DNA of 64,000 bases from an uncultured Verrucomicrobiae bacterium (GCA_963702845.1 OY969763.1:1536001-1600000); one strand, 5' to 3'; counted from the first letter of the stretch, positions 29,501 to 40,310 are shown. Program-made: numbers and translations. The notes: generated by a model not told the origin, from the sequence alone.

Positions 29501-32500
29501 CGAACAGTTACGTGTTGGATGCCCGCGCAGAGCAATTACGACGTCGGGTCGAGCGCCGCAGGTTTTTCGCTGGAGTTTTGGATGAACCCTAATTCGTTTC
29601 AGAATTCAGTGTCCTGGGTTGGGCCAATGGTGTTCGTGTGGACCGCATTAGTTGCCGGCAGCGCGGCGGGTGACAGTTTGCGTTTCATTTGTGGGTGGCA
29701 CAAACAGTGGTCAATTTTTGGCTGGCTCAACGTCCGTGGCCGACTACTGCGACATTGAACCAATGGTATCATATCGCGCTCACTTACGACCGCACGTTGG
29801 GACAGGCGAAGATTTATACCAATGGCGTGTCTATTCGCCACTGGAACGGTCGGCAAGCAACGTGTTGAGCACGGCAGGAGATTTTTATCTCGGCCAGGTT
29901 CCCGGTTCGCCCGGGTTCTTCAGCGGCGGCCTCGACGAAATCAGCATTTACAAACGTCCGCTCAATCCTGAGGAAGTTTACAGCGTGTTTACATCGGGCA
30001 GCGCGGGTAAGTGTCCGAATGACGTGAATGACCCGCCGATCGTTTATGCTGGCGCGGATCTGTTCGTTCGCGGTGTTCCGGGAACGGCGACGCTGAATGG
30101 CCAGGTGATTGATGACAAGTTGCCGTTCGGTTCGAGTGTGCGGTCGCAGTGGAGTAAATTCAGCGGCCCCGGCACGGTGACATTTGCTGATCCGAGCGCG
30201 CTAACAACCACCGCGACGTTCAGCACCAATGGCGTTTATGTCTTGCAGTTGACAGCGGACGACGGGGAAGCGCAAGACAGCGATTTGGTCGAAGTGCGCG
30301 TTGAAACATTATGCACCGTGGAACATCCGCAGGGGTTGGCTGCCTGGTGGCCGGGTAACGGAGCGTCGGATGATTTGGTAAATGGCTATCATGCGTTGTT
30401 GGGCAGCGGCACAACTTACACCAATGGCAAAGTGGCTTCGGCTTTTAGTTTCAACGGCGTGAATAACTATGTGTGGATGCCGGCCCAATCCAATTACGAT
30501 GTCGGGTCGAGCGCGGCTGGGTTTACGCTGGAGTTTTGGATGAACCCCAATTCGTTGCAGAACACGAGTGTCCTTGGTTGGGCCAATGGCGTTCGTGTCG
30601 ACCGCACCAGCTCCGGCAGCGCGGCTGGTGACACTTTGCGCTTCTATGTCACTGGCACGAACAGTGGGCAATTTTTGCTGGCCGCGCGTCCATGGGCGAC
30701 TACTGCGACACTAAATCAGTGGTATCACATCGCGCTTACTTACGACCGTGCGTCGGGACAGGCCAAGGCTTATACAAACGGCGTGTTGTTGGCGACGGTA
30801 ACGGTCGGAACCAATGTGATGAGCACGGCAGGAGATTTTTATCTCGGCCAGGTGCCGGGATTGTCTGGATTCTTCAGCGGCGGCCTCGACGAAATCAGCA
30901 TTTATAAACGGCCGCTCAGTCCAGAGGAGGTCTACAATGTCTTCACCTCAGGCAGTGCCGGCAAATGTCCGGATAATAATAACCAAGCGCCGGTCGTCTA
31001 CGCCGGCCCAGATCAGACGCTTTTTCAACCACTAACATGGCGACGCTCAGTGGCTTCGTTAGCGATGATGGGTTGCCAGCCGGCTCCACGCTGCGCATGC
31101 AATGGAGCCAAATTGCCGGTCCGGGCGTGGTGAGTTTTAACAATTCGAATTCAGCGGCAACAACAGCCAGCTTTAGCAGCAACGGCGTTTACGTGCTGCA
31201 ATTGACAGCCGATGACAGCGAGGTGCGGAGCAGCAGCACGATGCAGGTCCGTGTGGGCGTTCCGTGCACTGTTAGCGATCCATCGGGATTAGTTGCATTT
31301 TGGCCGGGCAATGGCACGTCGGATGATGTGATAAATGGCTATCATGCGCAGTTGGGTAGCGGCACAACTTACACCAACGGCAAAGTCGCTTCGGCTTTTA
31401 GTTTTAACGGCGTGAACAACTTCGTGTGGATGCCGGCCCAGACCAATTACGATGTCGGTCCGAGCGCGACCGGTTTTTCGCTTGGAGTTTTGGATGAACC
31501 CCAATTCGTTCCAGAACGCGAATGTTCTTGGTTGGAATAATGGCGTCCGTGTCGACCGCGTCACTTCTGGCAGCCAGGCGGGTGACACTTTGCGCTTCGT
31601 TTTAGGCGGCACGAACAGCGGGCAATTTGTGCTCGGCGCGCGTCCTTGGGCGATTACTGCGTCGCTAAATCAGTGGTATCACATCGCGCTTACCTACGAC
31701 CGCGCATCGGGACTGGCGAAGGTCTATACGAATGGCGTGTTGTTAGCCACGGCAACGATCAGAGGCAGCGTGTTGAGCACGGCAGGTGATTTTTATCTCG
31801 GAAATATTCCGAGCGCGGCTGGGTTCTTTAGCGGCGGACTGGATGAAATCAGTTTGTACAATCGGCCGCTCGCCTTGTCTGAAATTCAGGCGATTTTCGG
31901 TGCAGGCGCTTCCGGCAAGTGCATCACGCAACCGAATCGCCCGCCATTTGTCTTCGCTGGCGGTAATCGCACGATCTATTTGCCAACGAATTCCGTCACG
32001 TTATTTGGTGCGGCCTATGACGACGGTAAACCGGCAAATGCGCTTAGCGTCGCGTGGAACTATGTTTCCGGTCCTTCAACTGTGTTTTTCAGCAGCTTTA
32101 CCAATGCGGTGACAACGATCACGTTCACCAACACCGGAGTCTATACATTCCAACTTTCCGCCAGTGACGGCCAATATATATCCAACGACACCGCCGTAGT
32201 AACAGTCATGCCCGATCCGAGAACTCCTCCTGCGGTTGCGATCACCGGTCTGGGCAACGGGACAGCTTTTGAAGTTCCCGAGTAGCCTCATCGACGGCGA
32301 CCGTTATCGTCACCGCTGCCGCTTCCGACAACGATGGCGTCGTGTCGCATGTGGATCTATTCGAAGACAATTCGCTTCTGACCACCTTAACCGCCCCGCC
32401 ATACACAATGACCGTTTCAAACGTCCCTGTCGGCTCGCATACGTTTGCTGGCCGTCGCGACTGACAACGATGGCCTATCTACTACATCCGCACCGGTCTC

Positions 32501-33650
32501 AATAATCGTTTATGTCGATGCTGCACCGGTTGCGACCATCTTCACCCCAGCGGAAGCCGCATCCATCACTGGAGCGACTGCTATCATCGGCACGGCGAGC
32601 AGCCCGATCCTGCAATCGTATCAGGCGCAATATCGCTTCAAAGTCCCAGCAGATGCCCAGCCATATCCGTGGAAAGTCTTTGCCACCACCAACAGCTCGG
32701 TCGTGAGCAATACCGTCGCGGCGTTCGATCCTTCGCTATTGCTCAACGGCATTTACGAAATTCAATTAACCACGACAGATATCAAAGGGCGCACGGCCTC
32801 CTCTGAAATCCAAACGCTGCTCGTCAGCCAGGATGTGGATCGTTACAAACTTCCTGCTGTCGTTCTCCGACCTGACCATCCCGACGACAGGGCCTGCCGA
32901 TTCAAATTATGCGCACTTACGACAGCCGCGATCATCGCACGAATGATTTCGGTATCGGTTGGTCGTTGGATATCCGCAACGTTATGTTTGCAAAAGTCCG
33001 GTAACCTCGCCACCAACTGGTTTTCCACCTTCGACAACTCGTTGTATTCGCTGGATGCCCTCCAACCGCACCGCATCATGATTACAATGGCCGGCAATAA
33101 GACCTTCGAGTTCGAGGCAGCGCTGAATCCTTCGAAGCAGTCGGCGCCGATCGCCGCGACACGGATGACATTCACGAACTTGCCAGGAACAGACGGCACA
33201 TTGGAAATTGACGGCGACAACAGGGTCAACGTCTCGGGCGTCGGCGGCACGCTCGGCTTCATCGACTTGATTGATTTTACGACCTCCCAATTCTTCAACC
33301 CCACGCGCTTCAAGTTCACCAGCGCCGAAGGCAATGTTTACATCATCGATGAAAAGGAAGGCCTGAAGAGCCTGACCGATAGCTAATGCCAATACCCTCA
33401 CGATCACCACCAACGGCATCTCCCATTCCAGCGGCGTGAGTGTGACATTCACTCCCGACAACCTGGGCCGCATTACAGCGATTACCGATTCCGTCGGCGA
33501 CCAACTCGATTACGGCTATGGCCCGAACGGCAGTCTCGCGACCTTTACCGATACCGCAGACAAATATAACGACTTTTGGCTACACCAACCAGATTCCCAA
33601 ATCTGCTCACTGAAATCACCGACACCAACGGGGTTCACGCGATCACACTG
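23560..33650 (+). CDS. Giant secreted protein (TadG-like N-domain, about a dozen PKD/REJ-like and three cadherin-like/Big_9 repeats, four LamG domains, Ig domains, start of YD/RHS region); multiply frameshifted after ~29520 and truncated
   Basis: ORFs 23560-29592, 29652-31133, 31037-31540, 31452-32285, 32445-33386 and 33436-33651 form one continuous domain series; it ends in NTLTITTNGISHSSGVSVTF..DNLGRITAITD YD-type repeats. Confidence 0.85.
28399..31930 (+). repeat. Four tandem ~955-bp LamG(+PKD) coding repeats
   Basis: Unit starts CTVDSLAGL (~28399), CTIDDPQGL (~29353), CTVEHPQGL (~30312) and CTVSDPSGL (~31264); long near-identical DNA stretches. Confidence 0.85.
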
Positions 33651-33757
33651 ACTCCCACGCCAGCGAACGAATGATCCAGGAGACTTTTGGATCCGTGGGT
33701 ATTGCTGAACACTTAAAAGTGAATACTGCATCGGCAATCGTGCTGTTCGGCGAAATG

Positions 33758-34141
33758 CTATGAAGTGCCCCAAACGGCCCATCCGGGTTTTGAAGAGCCC
33801 ATATCTGATGGTTCCTCGAGTCGTGGATCGCGTTTGTAGCGGGAGCCGCTGGAGAAAAGTTTATCGAAGCGGGTAGGGACCCGTTGCGCATCCACGATGA
33901 AGCCGCGCGATTCCATAATCTGGCGAATCATATGACCGATCATCTGTTTAACGCGCCGTTGTTGCACTACAGTGCCGAAAGCTCGGATAAGATCATCGCC
34001 AATCGCTTCGACTGCCGGCTTGCGAAGCTTGGTGGCGATTTCGAGAGCAATAATAGTCTCGCGGCGTTGCAGGTATTCCCATAAATCCGGCGAAAACGAA
34101 GCTCGGAACAGACTGGAAAAGTTCTCCGCTTGATAGTTCAT
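33758..34141 (-). CDS. Conserved-looking hypothetical protein, possibly DNA-binding
   Basis: MNYQAENFSSLF...PAVEAIGDDL...KQMIGHMIRQIMESRGF...LFSSGSRY; promoter directly upstream. Confidence 0.75.
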   Translation of the reverse strand: MNYQAENFSSLFRASFSPDLWEYLQRRETIIALEIATKLRKPAVEAIGDDLIRAFGTVVQQRRVKQMIGHMIRQIMESRGFIVDAQRVPTRFDKLFSSGSRYKRDPRLEEPSDMGSSKPGWAVWGTS

Positions 34142-34149
34142 ATGTTGTC

Positions 34150-34179
34150 TGTATAACACATGCTACGCGTATATGTCAA
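34150..34179 (-). promoter_or_regulatory. Sigma70-type promoter, near-leaderless transcript
   Basis: TTGACA-18 nt (ending TGT)-TATACA, with the ATG 8 nt downstream. Confidence 0.6.
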
Positions 34180-34336
34180 TCTGGCGCCACATATGATAAA
34201 AATTTATTCTTGCTTAGTAACTCCAGTTATACCAACTATGCCGCCCATGATTGTCACTAAGACAACCGGAACGTCCGGCTCGCGACAACCAACACGGCGC
34301 TCGGCCCGTGCTCTACCTTTTTAACGGACATCCCCT

Positions 34337-35662
34337 GTGAAGAATCTCAAAATTGCTATCGGGTCGGACCACGGCGGATTAGAATTGAAGAACCAGCTTC
34401 TCGGCTATTTGCGCGACAAAGTGATGTCGATCGTCGATTGCGGAACTCACAGCAAGGATCCTGTGGACTATCCGCGCATCGCCTACACCGTCGGTCGTCT
34501 CGTAGCCAGCGGTCAGGCTGATCGTGGAATCATGATTGATGGGGCAGGGATTGGTTCGGCGATGGCGATCAACAAAGTGCGCGGCACGCGTGCGGCGGCT
34601 TGTTATAATGTGGCTCTGGCCAAGAACAGTCGCGAGCACAACGACGCAAATGTCCTGACGCTCGGTTCCGGCCAAACAAATTTCGAACTGGCGCAGCAGA
34701 TTGTGGAAGCCTTTTTGACCGGTGAATGCGTTGAGGATCGACATAAGAAACGCGTTGCGCTCATCAACGCGATTGAAAAGGGTCCGATTGAAGTGGGGCC
34801 GCATCAGGCGACGTTGCTCGGCAGCACTGGCGAACAGCCCAAGGTGATCCAGCCGGAACTGGAGAATGTCGGCGCAACCGACATGGATAAAATCACGAAG
34901 CGCGTCCAGGAATTGCTTGCCGCACAAGCGGCCACGACCGTTCCGACACCGAGCGGTCCAGCGATTTCAACCAAGGAAATCCCGAACCTGATCGATCACA
35001 CGATTTTGCGACCTGACACGAACAAGACTGATATCGAACAGCTCTGCAAAGAAGCGCGTCAGTATAAATTTTTCTCGGTGTGCGTGAACCCAACCTGGGT
35101 TACGCTCGCTCGCCAATTGCTCGATGGTTCAGGCGTTAAAGTTTGTTGTGTCGTCGGATTCCCGCTCGGTGCGCAACCTCCCGAGACAAAAGCAATGGAA
35201 GCGCGCGCGGCCATTCGCCAGGGCGCGAAGGAAATCGACATGGTCATCAACGTTGGCGCGCTGCGCAGCGGTGATGATGATTTGGTTTTGCGTGATATTC
35301 GCGCGGTGGTTGAGGCGTGCCGTGATGGCAGCGCCAAATGCAAAGTGATTTTGGAAACGTCCTTGCTCACCAATGCGGAGAAGGCGCGGGCTTGTGAGAT
35401 CGCCGTGCAAGCACGCGCGGATTTCGTCAAGACTTCCACTGGATTCAGCGGTGGGGGCGCGACCGTCGAAGACGTTTCGCTGATGAGCCGCATGGTTCGC
35501 GACAAGGGTCTGCACGTGAAGGCGTCGGGTGGCGTTCGCTCATACGCAGATTTGCGCGCGATGGTGCAAGCGGGCGCGACGCGCATCGGGACGAGCAGTG
35601 GAATCAAGATCATGCAAGAAGCCAGCGGCCAGGCTGTGACCGCACAAGCCGCAAAATATTAG
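34337..35662 (+). CDS. rpiB-deoC: Fusion of ribose-5-phosphate isomerase B and deoxyribose-phosphate aldolase
   Basis: [32 protein letters not shown] (RpiB); [46 protein letters not shown] (DeoC). Confidence 0.93.
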   Translation: MKNLKIAIGSDHGGLELKNQLLGYLRDKVMSIVDCGTHSKDPVDYPRIAYTVGRLVASGQADRGIMIDGAGIGSAMAINKVRGTRAAACYNVALAKNSREHNDANVLTLGSGQTNFELAQQIVEAFLTGECVEDRHKKRVALINAIEKGPIEVGPHQATLLGSTGEQPKVIQPELENVGATDMDKITKRVQELLAAQAATTVPTPSGPAISTKEIPNLIDHTILRPDTNKTDIEQLCKEARQYKFFSVCVNPTWVTLARQLLDGSGVKVCCVVGFPLGAQPPETKAMEARAAIRQGAKEIDMVINVGALRSGDDDLVLRDIRAVVEACRDGSAKCKVILETSLLTNAEKARACEIAVQARADFVKTSTGFSGGGATVEDVSLMSRMVRDKGLHVKASGGVRSYADLRAMVQAGATRIGTSSGIKIMQEASGQAVTAQAAKY

Positions 35663-35674
35663 GAGACCAAAAAC

Positions 35675-36310
35675 ATGGCAGACTTACGTTCATACATTTT
35701 TCTCGACTCCCTGCAACCGCAGGTGGCGTCATTCTTCGCCACCGTGTCGCAAGGCTTTTTGCCGGTTGCCGGCCAGGCGTCGCTGTTCGTCGAAATTTCG
35801 CCCGGCATGGAAATCAATCGCATTACCGACATTGCGTTGAAGACCGTTAAAGTCACGCCCGGTATGCAGATCATCGAGCGTCTTTACGGCATGCTCGAGA
35901 TTCACTCGGAATCGCAGGCCGACGTGCGCGCTGCGGGAGAAGCGATTTTGAACGCACTTGAGCTGAAGGAAGAAGGCCGTTACAAGCCGATGATTTACAG
36001 CCAGAGCATTATTCGCCGCATCGACGATTATCACACGATGCTGATTAACCGCACGCGTCACGGCAACATGATCCTGCCCGGGCACTCGTTGTTCACGATG
36101 GAAGTCGCGCCCGCTGCCTATGCTGCGTTCGCCGCGAACGAAGCCGAGAAAGCAGCGGACGTAAATATTTTGGAAATTCGCGCCTTCGGGTCATTCGGCC
36201 GTATTTACCTCGGCGGCGAAGATAAAGATATCAATGAAGCCGCGAAAGCTGCAGAAGCGGCGATCCTGAGCATTAGTGGTCGTGAAATGAAGGGCGGCAG
36301 CGGCGGTTAG
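35675..36310 (+). CDS. BMC shell trimer (BMC-T, permuted/double-stacking type)
   Basis: LRSYIFLDSLQPQ, VEISPG, ERLYGMLEIH, AANEAEKAA, GSFGRIYLGG. Confidence 0.9.
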   Translation: MADLRSYIFLDSLQPQVASFFATVSQGFLPVAGQASLFVEISPGMEINRITDIALKTVKVTPGMQIIERLYGMLEIHSESQADVRAAGEAILNALELKEEGRYKPMIYSQSIIRRIDDYHTMLINRTRHGNMILPGHSLFTMEVAPAAYAAFAANEAEKAADVNILEIRAFGSFGRIYLGGEDKDINEAAKAAEAAILSISGREMKGGSGG

Positions 36311-36383
36311 GCCGAACGTCGGTTTAGTTTTGAAATTTAAAAGTTTTAGTTCAGTCACCTAAACAATAAACAAAGAAAAACAT

Positions 36384-36683
36384 ATGGCAGAAGCATTAGG
36401 CTTACTCGAAACACGGTCCTTTGCCGCGATGGTTGAAGGCGCCGACGCAATGGTTAAAGCCGCAAAAGTCGAACTCGTGAATTTCGAGAAGACCGGCGGC
36501 GGTTATGTCACTGCGGTCATCCGTGGCGACGTCGCAGCCGTCAAAGCAGCGACCGATGCCGGTCGTATTGCCGCGAGCCGCGTTGGTGAAGTTGTCTCCG
36601 TCCACGTCATTCCTCGCCCGCACATGGGTGTTGATGAAGTGTTGCCGGTAGTGCGCAACCTCACCAAGTCGCCGAAAAAGTAA
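36384..36683 (+). CDS. BMC shell hexamer (BMC-H)
   Basis: [35 protein letters not shown]. Confidence 0.95.
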   Translation: MAEALGLLETRSFAAMVEGADAMVKAAKVELVNFEKTGGGYVTAVIRGDVAAVKAATDAGRIAASRVGEVVSVHVIPRPHMGVDEVLPVVRNLTKSPKK

Positions 36684-36691
36684 AACAATTT

Positions 36692-36765
36692 TGCCTTGTC
36701 GGGGTTCGGGACGCCGTGAAAGCTGCGTCCGGTCGGCCTTCGGGTCGATCTTACCTCGGCAGGCA
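36692..36765 (+). promoter_or_regulatory. Intergenic structured RNA element (three-way junction) between BMC-H and BMC-P
   Basis: Outer stem TGCCTTGTCGGGGT/ACCTCGGCAGGCA encloses hairpins GGACGC-loop-GCGTCC and GTCGGCC-TTCG-GGTCGAT. Confidence 0.55.
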
Positions 36766-36773
36766 TTTAGTTT

Positions 36774-37064
36774 ATGAATCTTGGCAAAGTTGTCGGCACT
36801 CTCGTCGCCACGCGCAAGGAAAGCACGATGGACGGGCTTAAATTTATGCTCGTCAAACACGTCGATCCCGAAGGCAAAGAAACCGGCGGACACGTTGTCG
36901 CCGCTGATGCCGTCGGTGCTGGGCCTGGTGAAATGGTTCTCATTGCCACCGGTAGTTCCGCGCGCCAAACCATTGCGACCCAAAACCGCCCATGCGACGC
37001 GGTCATTATGGCCATCGTCGACCAGTGGGAAATTAACGGCGTCGACAAATACAAGAAAGACTAG
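36774..37064 (+). CDS. BMC vertex pentamer (EutN/CcmL family)
   Basis: [41 protein letters not shown]. Confidence 0.95.
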   Translation: MNLGKVVGTLVATRKESTMDGLKFMLVKHVDPEGKETGGHVVAADAVGAGPGEMVLIATGSSARQTIATQNRPCDAVIMAIVDQWEINGVDKYKKD

Positions 37065-37071
37065 GTGATTT

Positions 37072-38514
37072 GTGGCTGGCCTTGCTGATCAAGAAATTGA
37101 AGCGATAGCTCTAAAGATTGTCGCCGGATTGAGCGGTCGCCCCGCGTCCGTTGACAAACCGCGTTCGTCCGCGCCGTCCATCGCGGGGCAGCTCGGCGTG
37201 TTCGACAGCGTCGACGAAGCTGTCCGCGCGGCGAGCACCAGCTTTTGCCAATATTCACAAATGGGTTTGGAAAAGCGCAAAGCGATCATCGCCTCCATTC
37301 GCGAATCCATGCGCGAAAACGGGAAGATGTTGGCCAAGGAAGCGCACGAAGAAACCGGTCTGGGCCGTTACGAAGACAAGATTCTCAAGAACCAACTGGT
37401 AACTGAAAAAACTCCGGGCACCGAAGATCTCATTCCGCAGACTGTCACAGGTGACGATGGTCTGACGCTGACTGAGCCGGCGCCTTACGGAGTTATCGCA
37501 GCCATTACACCAACGACAAACCCGACGTCGACCATTATTAATAATGCGATCGGGATGTTGGCGGCTGGTAATGCGGTCGTGTTCAACGTGCATCCTGGAG
37601 CCAAGCGCGTTTCGTGTCACAACGTTGCGCTAATCAATAAAGCCATCGCAGCCGCGGGTGGTCCGCAAACGCTCGTGACGTGCATTGCGAACCCAACGGT
37701 TGAATCCGCGAACACTGTCATGAAACATCCCGGCATCCGCCTGGTTGTGGTGACTGGTGGCGGTGGGGTGGTGCAAGCGGCGATGTCCAGTGGCAAGCGC
37801 GCGATTTGCGCTGGTCCTGGTAATCCGCCGGTTCTCGTTGATGAAACGGCAAACATCGACAAAGCCGCCAAGGACATCGTCCTCGGCGCATCGTTCGATA
37901 ACAATATCATCTGTGCCGACGAAAAAGAATGCATCGTCGTCAACAGTGTCGCCGAACAATTGATTCTCGCGATGACCTACAGCGGCGGCTTGCTCATCAC
38001 GAAAAGTGAATTGGCCGCACTCGAAAAAGTAATTTTCAAAAAACAATACGGCCCACGTAAAGAAGCGGACATCGACCGCACGCTCATCGGCAAAAACGCG
38101 AGCTACATTTTGAACAAGGCCGGTATCCGTTGCGATGACTCGGTTCGACTCGGCATCGTCGAAGTTGATCACGATCATCCGTTGCTCTGGACCGAGCAGA
38201 TGATGCCGATCCTGCCCATCACGCGCGTGCGCGATGCGGACGAAGGAATCGATTTCTGTCTCGCGCTCGAACATCCCCGCCGTCACACCTTCGTGATGCA
38301 TTCGGAGAATCTTTCGAATCTCAGCCGCATGGCGCGCGAATGTAACGCGAGCATCTTCGTCAAAAACGGACGGTCCCAGGCGGGACTCGGTTTTGGCGGC
38401 GAAGGCCCCACTTCATTTACAATCGCCAGTCCGACTGGTGAAGGCATGACCACCGCGCGCCATTTCTCGCGCTGGCGTCGTTGCGCGCTCGTCGGTTCAT
38501 TCCGAATTGTGTAA
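37072..38514 (+). CDS. Acylating aldehyde dehydrogenase (EutE/PduP family) with N-terminal encapsulation peptide
   Basis: PTTNPTST, VVTGGGGVV, GPGNPP, FDNNIICADEK, TIASPTGEG; N-terminal DQEIEAIALKIVAGL. Confidence 0.93.
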   Translation: MAGLADQEIEAIALKIVAGLSGRPASVDKPRSSAPSIAGQLGVFDSVDEAVRAASTSFCQYSQMGLEKRKAIIASIRESMRENGKMLAKEAHEETGLGRYEDKILKNQLVTEKTPGTEDLIPQTVTGDDGLTLTEPAPYGVIAAITPTTNPTSTIINNAIGMLAAGNAVVFNVHPGAKRVSCHNVALINKAIAAAGGPQTLVTCIANPTVESANTVMKHPGIRLVVVTGGGGVVQAAMSSGKRAICAGPGNPPVLVDETANIDKAAKDIVLGASFDNNIICADEKECIVVNSVAEQLILAMTYSGGLLITKSELAALEKVIFKKQYGPRKEADIDRTLIGKNASYILNKAGIRCDDSVRLGIVEVDHDHPLLWTEQMMPILPITRVRDADEGIDFCLALEHPRRHTFVMHSENLSNLSRMARECNASIFVKNGRSQAGLGFGGEGPTSFTIASPTGEGMTTARHFSRWRRCALVGSFRIV

Positions 38515-39129
38515 GTGAGAAGTTATTCAACCATCGCCGTGATTGAGTTCGCCAGCATGGCTGATGGAATTTTCTGCACCGACGCGCTGCTCAAGAAAGC
38601 CCCAATCGGAATGCTCAAAGCCGGCACCGTCAGCGGCGGCCGCTATCTTATTATCATCGGCGGTTCGACTGCAGCAGTTGAAGAATCCCTCAACGAAGCT
38701 ATTGCAGTCAGTGAAGGCAGTGTGCTCGATCACATTTTGCTGCCCGACCTTCACCAGCGTGTGCACGATTCCATTCTCGGAAAACGTGGGCGTGTCACGA
38801 CTGACCCGATTGCAATTCTCGAAACCGATACCGTTTCCGCTAACATCCGCGCTGCAGAATTGGCGTTGAAAGGCACCGACGTCCGGCTTATTGAAATTCG
38901 CATCGCTGATTACGAAATGTCCGGCAAAGCCATCAGCATCTTCAACGGCAACCTTTACGAAGTGGAAGCCGCGATGGATCTCGCGACTGCATTTTTGCGT
39001 GGCCGCAAAGAATACGTGAAACATCGGATCATTCCGAACCCGCACGAACATCTCACCGCGCAATTGGCGAGCGGTACACGTTTTGCCACCAACGCACCGC
39101 GCGAATTGGAAGGGGAGGAAGTCTCGTAA
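38515..39129 (+). CDS. BMC shell trimer (PduT-like BMC-T)
   Basis: Tandem BMC domains IAVIEFAS.ADG...DALLKKA and ILETDTV...AAELALK. Confidence 0.85.
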   Translation: MRSYSTIAVIEFASMADGIFCTDALLKKAPIGMLKAGTVSGGRYLIIIGGSTAAVEESLNEAIAVSEGSVLDHILLPDLHQRVHDSILGKRGRVTTDPIAILETDTVSANIRAAELALKGTDVRLIEIRIADYEMSGKAISIFNGNLYEVEAAMDLATAFLRGRKEYVKHRIIPNPHEHLTAQLASGTRFATNAPRELEGEEVS

Positions 39130-39407
39130 TGCTACTCGGCAAAGTCATCGGAACATTAGTTACGTGCGTTGCTTACCAAGGCCTCGAAGGAATGCCGATG
39201 TTGTGGGTGCAACCGCTCGATAAAAACGGCAATCCCAAAGGCGAACCGGTCGTTGCCTGCGATTCGACCCGCGCCGCAGGGCGTGGTGAATTAGTTTACT
39301 ACGAAGGCGGTCGCGAGGCCGCGATGGCTTTGGAGACGACCTTTGTCCCGGTTGATCACACGATCATAGGTATTGTTGATGATTTGAATATTCCGACTGG
39401 TTATTGA
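39129..39407 (+). CDS. BMC vertex pentamer (EutN/CcmL family)
   Basis: MLLGKVIGTLV, VACD, GGREAA, PVDHTIIGIVD. Confidence 0.92.
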   Translation: MLLGKVIGTLVTCVAYQGLEGMPMLWVQPLDKNGNPKGEPVVACDSTRAAGRGELVYYEGGREAAMALETTFVPVDHTIIGIVDDLNIPTGY

Positions 39408-39416
39408 TTTTGGCCG

Positions 39417-39457
39417 GAATCTGAGATTTCAAATTTCAAATTTGAAATTTCAAATCA
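39417..39457 (+). repeat. Left heptamer-built inverted repeat flanking the four-helix-bundle gene
   Basis: GAATCTGAGATTTCAAATTTCAAATTTGAAATTTCAAATCA. Confidence 0.8.
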
Positions 39458-39486
39458 GAAAAAGCGAAGAACCAAGTGGCGATGTC

Positions 39487-39993
39487 ATGACATATCAAAA
39501 CTTTGAAGATTTACCGGTTTGGAATGAGGCGGTTCGCCTTGCCGAACAAATATACGGTTTGACTGAAGGCAGCAACCTCCGTGGCTATGGCAGTCTGCGC
39601 GACCAACTGGAGCGCGCCGGATTATCCGTTTCGAATAATATTGCTGAAGGGTTTGAACGAGGGACGACATCGGATTTGTTGAAATTCATTTACATCGCTC
39701 GTGGTTCTGCAGGTGAAGTCCGTTCTATCCTACGTGTAATGAGCCGAATTTCTGTATTTAAGAATTTTAAAGCTGAAATTTCAAATTTGATATCGCTGGC
39801 GCTTAGCTGCTCGCGACAACTTCGCGGTTGGGCGGAATCTTTGCAAAATACAGACATCAAAGGCCAGCGGTATAAAACCGCCAAAGACAAAGCCGGCGCT
39901 GAACAGAAAGAACGGGCGAAAGCCTTAACGAAGAAACTTCGTGAGATGTTACCTGCCGAGCATCCGTTGCGGCAACAGGACTCGCGACTTTGA
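39487..39993 (+). CDS. Four helix bundle protein (23S rRNA IVS protein family)
   Basis: MTYQNFEDLPVW, LRDQLERAGLSVSNNIAEGFER, IARGSAGEVRS. Confidence 0.92.
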   Translation: MTYQNFEDLPVWNEAVRLAEQIYGLTEGSNLRGYGSLRDQLERAGLSVSNNIAEGFERGTTSDLLKFIYIARGSAGEVRSILRVMSRISVFKNFKAEISNLISLALSCSRQLRGWAESLQNTDIKGQRYKTAKDKAGAEQKERAKALTKKLREMLPAEHPLRQQDSRL

Positions 39994-40024
39994 TTTGAAA
40001 TTTGAAATCTGAAATTTGAGATTC
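39991..40024 (-). repeat. Right inverted repeat flanking the four-helix-bundle gene
   Basis: TGATTTGAAATTTGAAATCTGAAATTTGAGATTC; its reverse complement matches 39417-39457 apart from one heptamer and a few substitutions. Confidence 0.8.
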
Positions 40025-40029
40025 TTGTT

Positions 40030-40302
40030 ATGATCATCGGCACCGTCAAAGGCGACATCGTTTCCACAATCAATCATCCGTTCTACACCGGCAAAAGAAT
40101 GTTGGTCGTGGAGAAGGAAGATTTCGCGGGTAAAGCCGGTGGCTACATCATCGCTATCGATGGCGGGGTAGGGGCAGGCGTTGGTGATCGCGTGCTCATC
40201 GTTGATGAAGGCACTGGTGCCCGGCAGATCGTTGGCGATCCAAAAGCCCCTCTGCGTTCGATCATCGTTGGTGTCATTGACCACATAGAAACCGAAGCTT
40301 AA
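40030..40302 (+). CDS. BMC vertex pentamer (EutN/CcmL family)
   Basis: MIIGTVKGDIVST, IAIDGGVGAGVGD, EGTGAR, IIVGVID. Confidence 0.92.
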   Translation: MIIGTVKGDIVSTINHPFYTGKRMLVVEKEDFAGKAGGYIIAIDGGVGAGVGDRVLIVDEGTGARQIVGDPKAPLRSIIVGVIDHIETEA

Positions 40303-40310
40303 GTTTCTAC

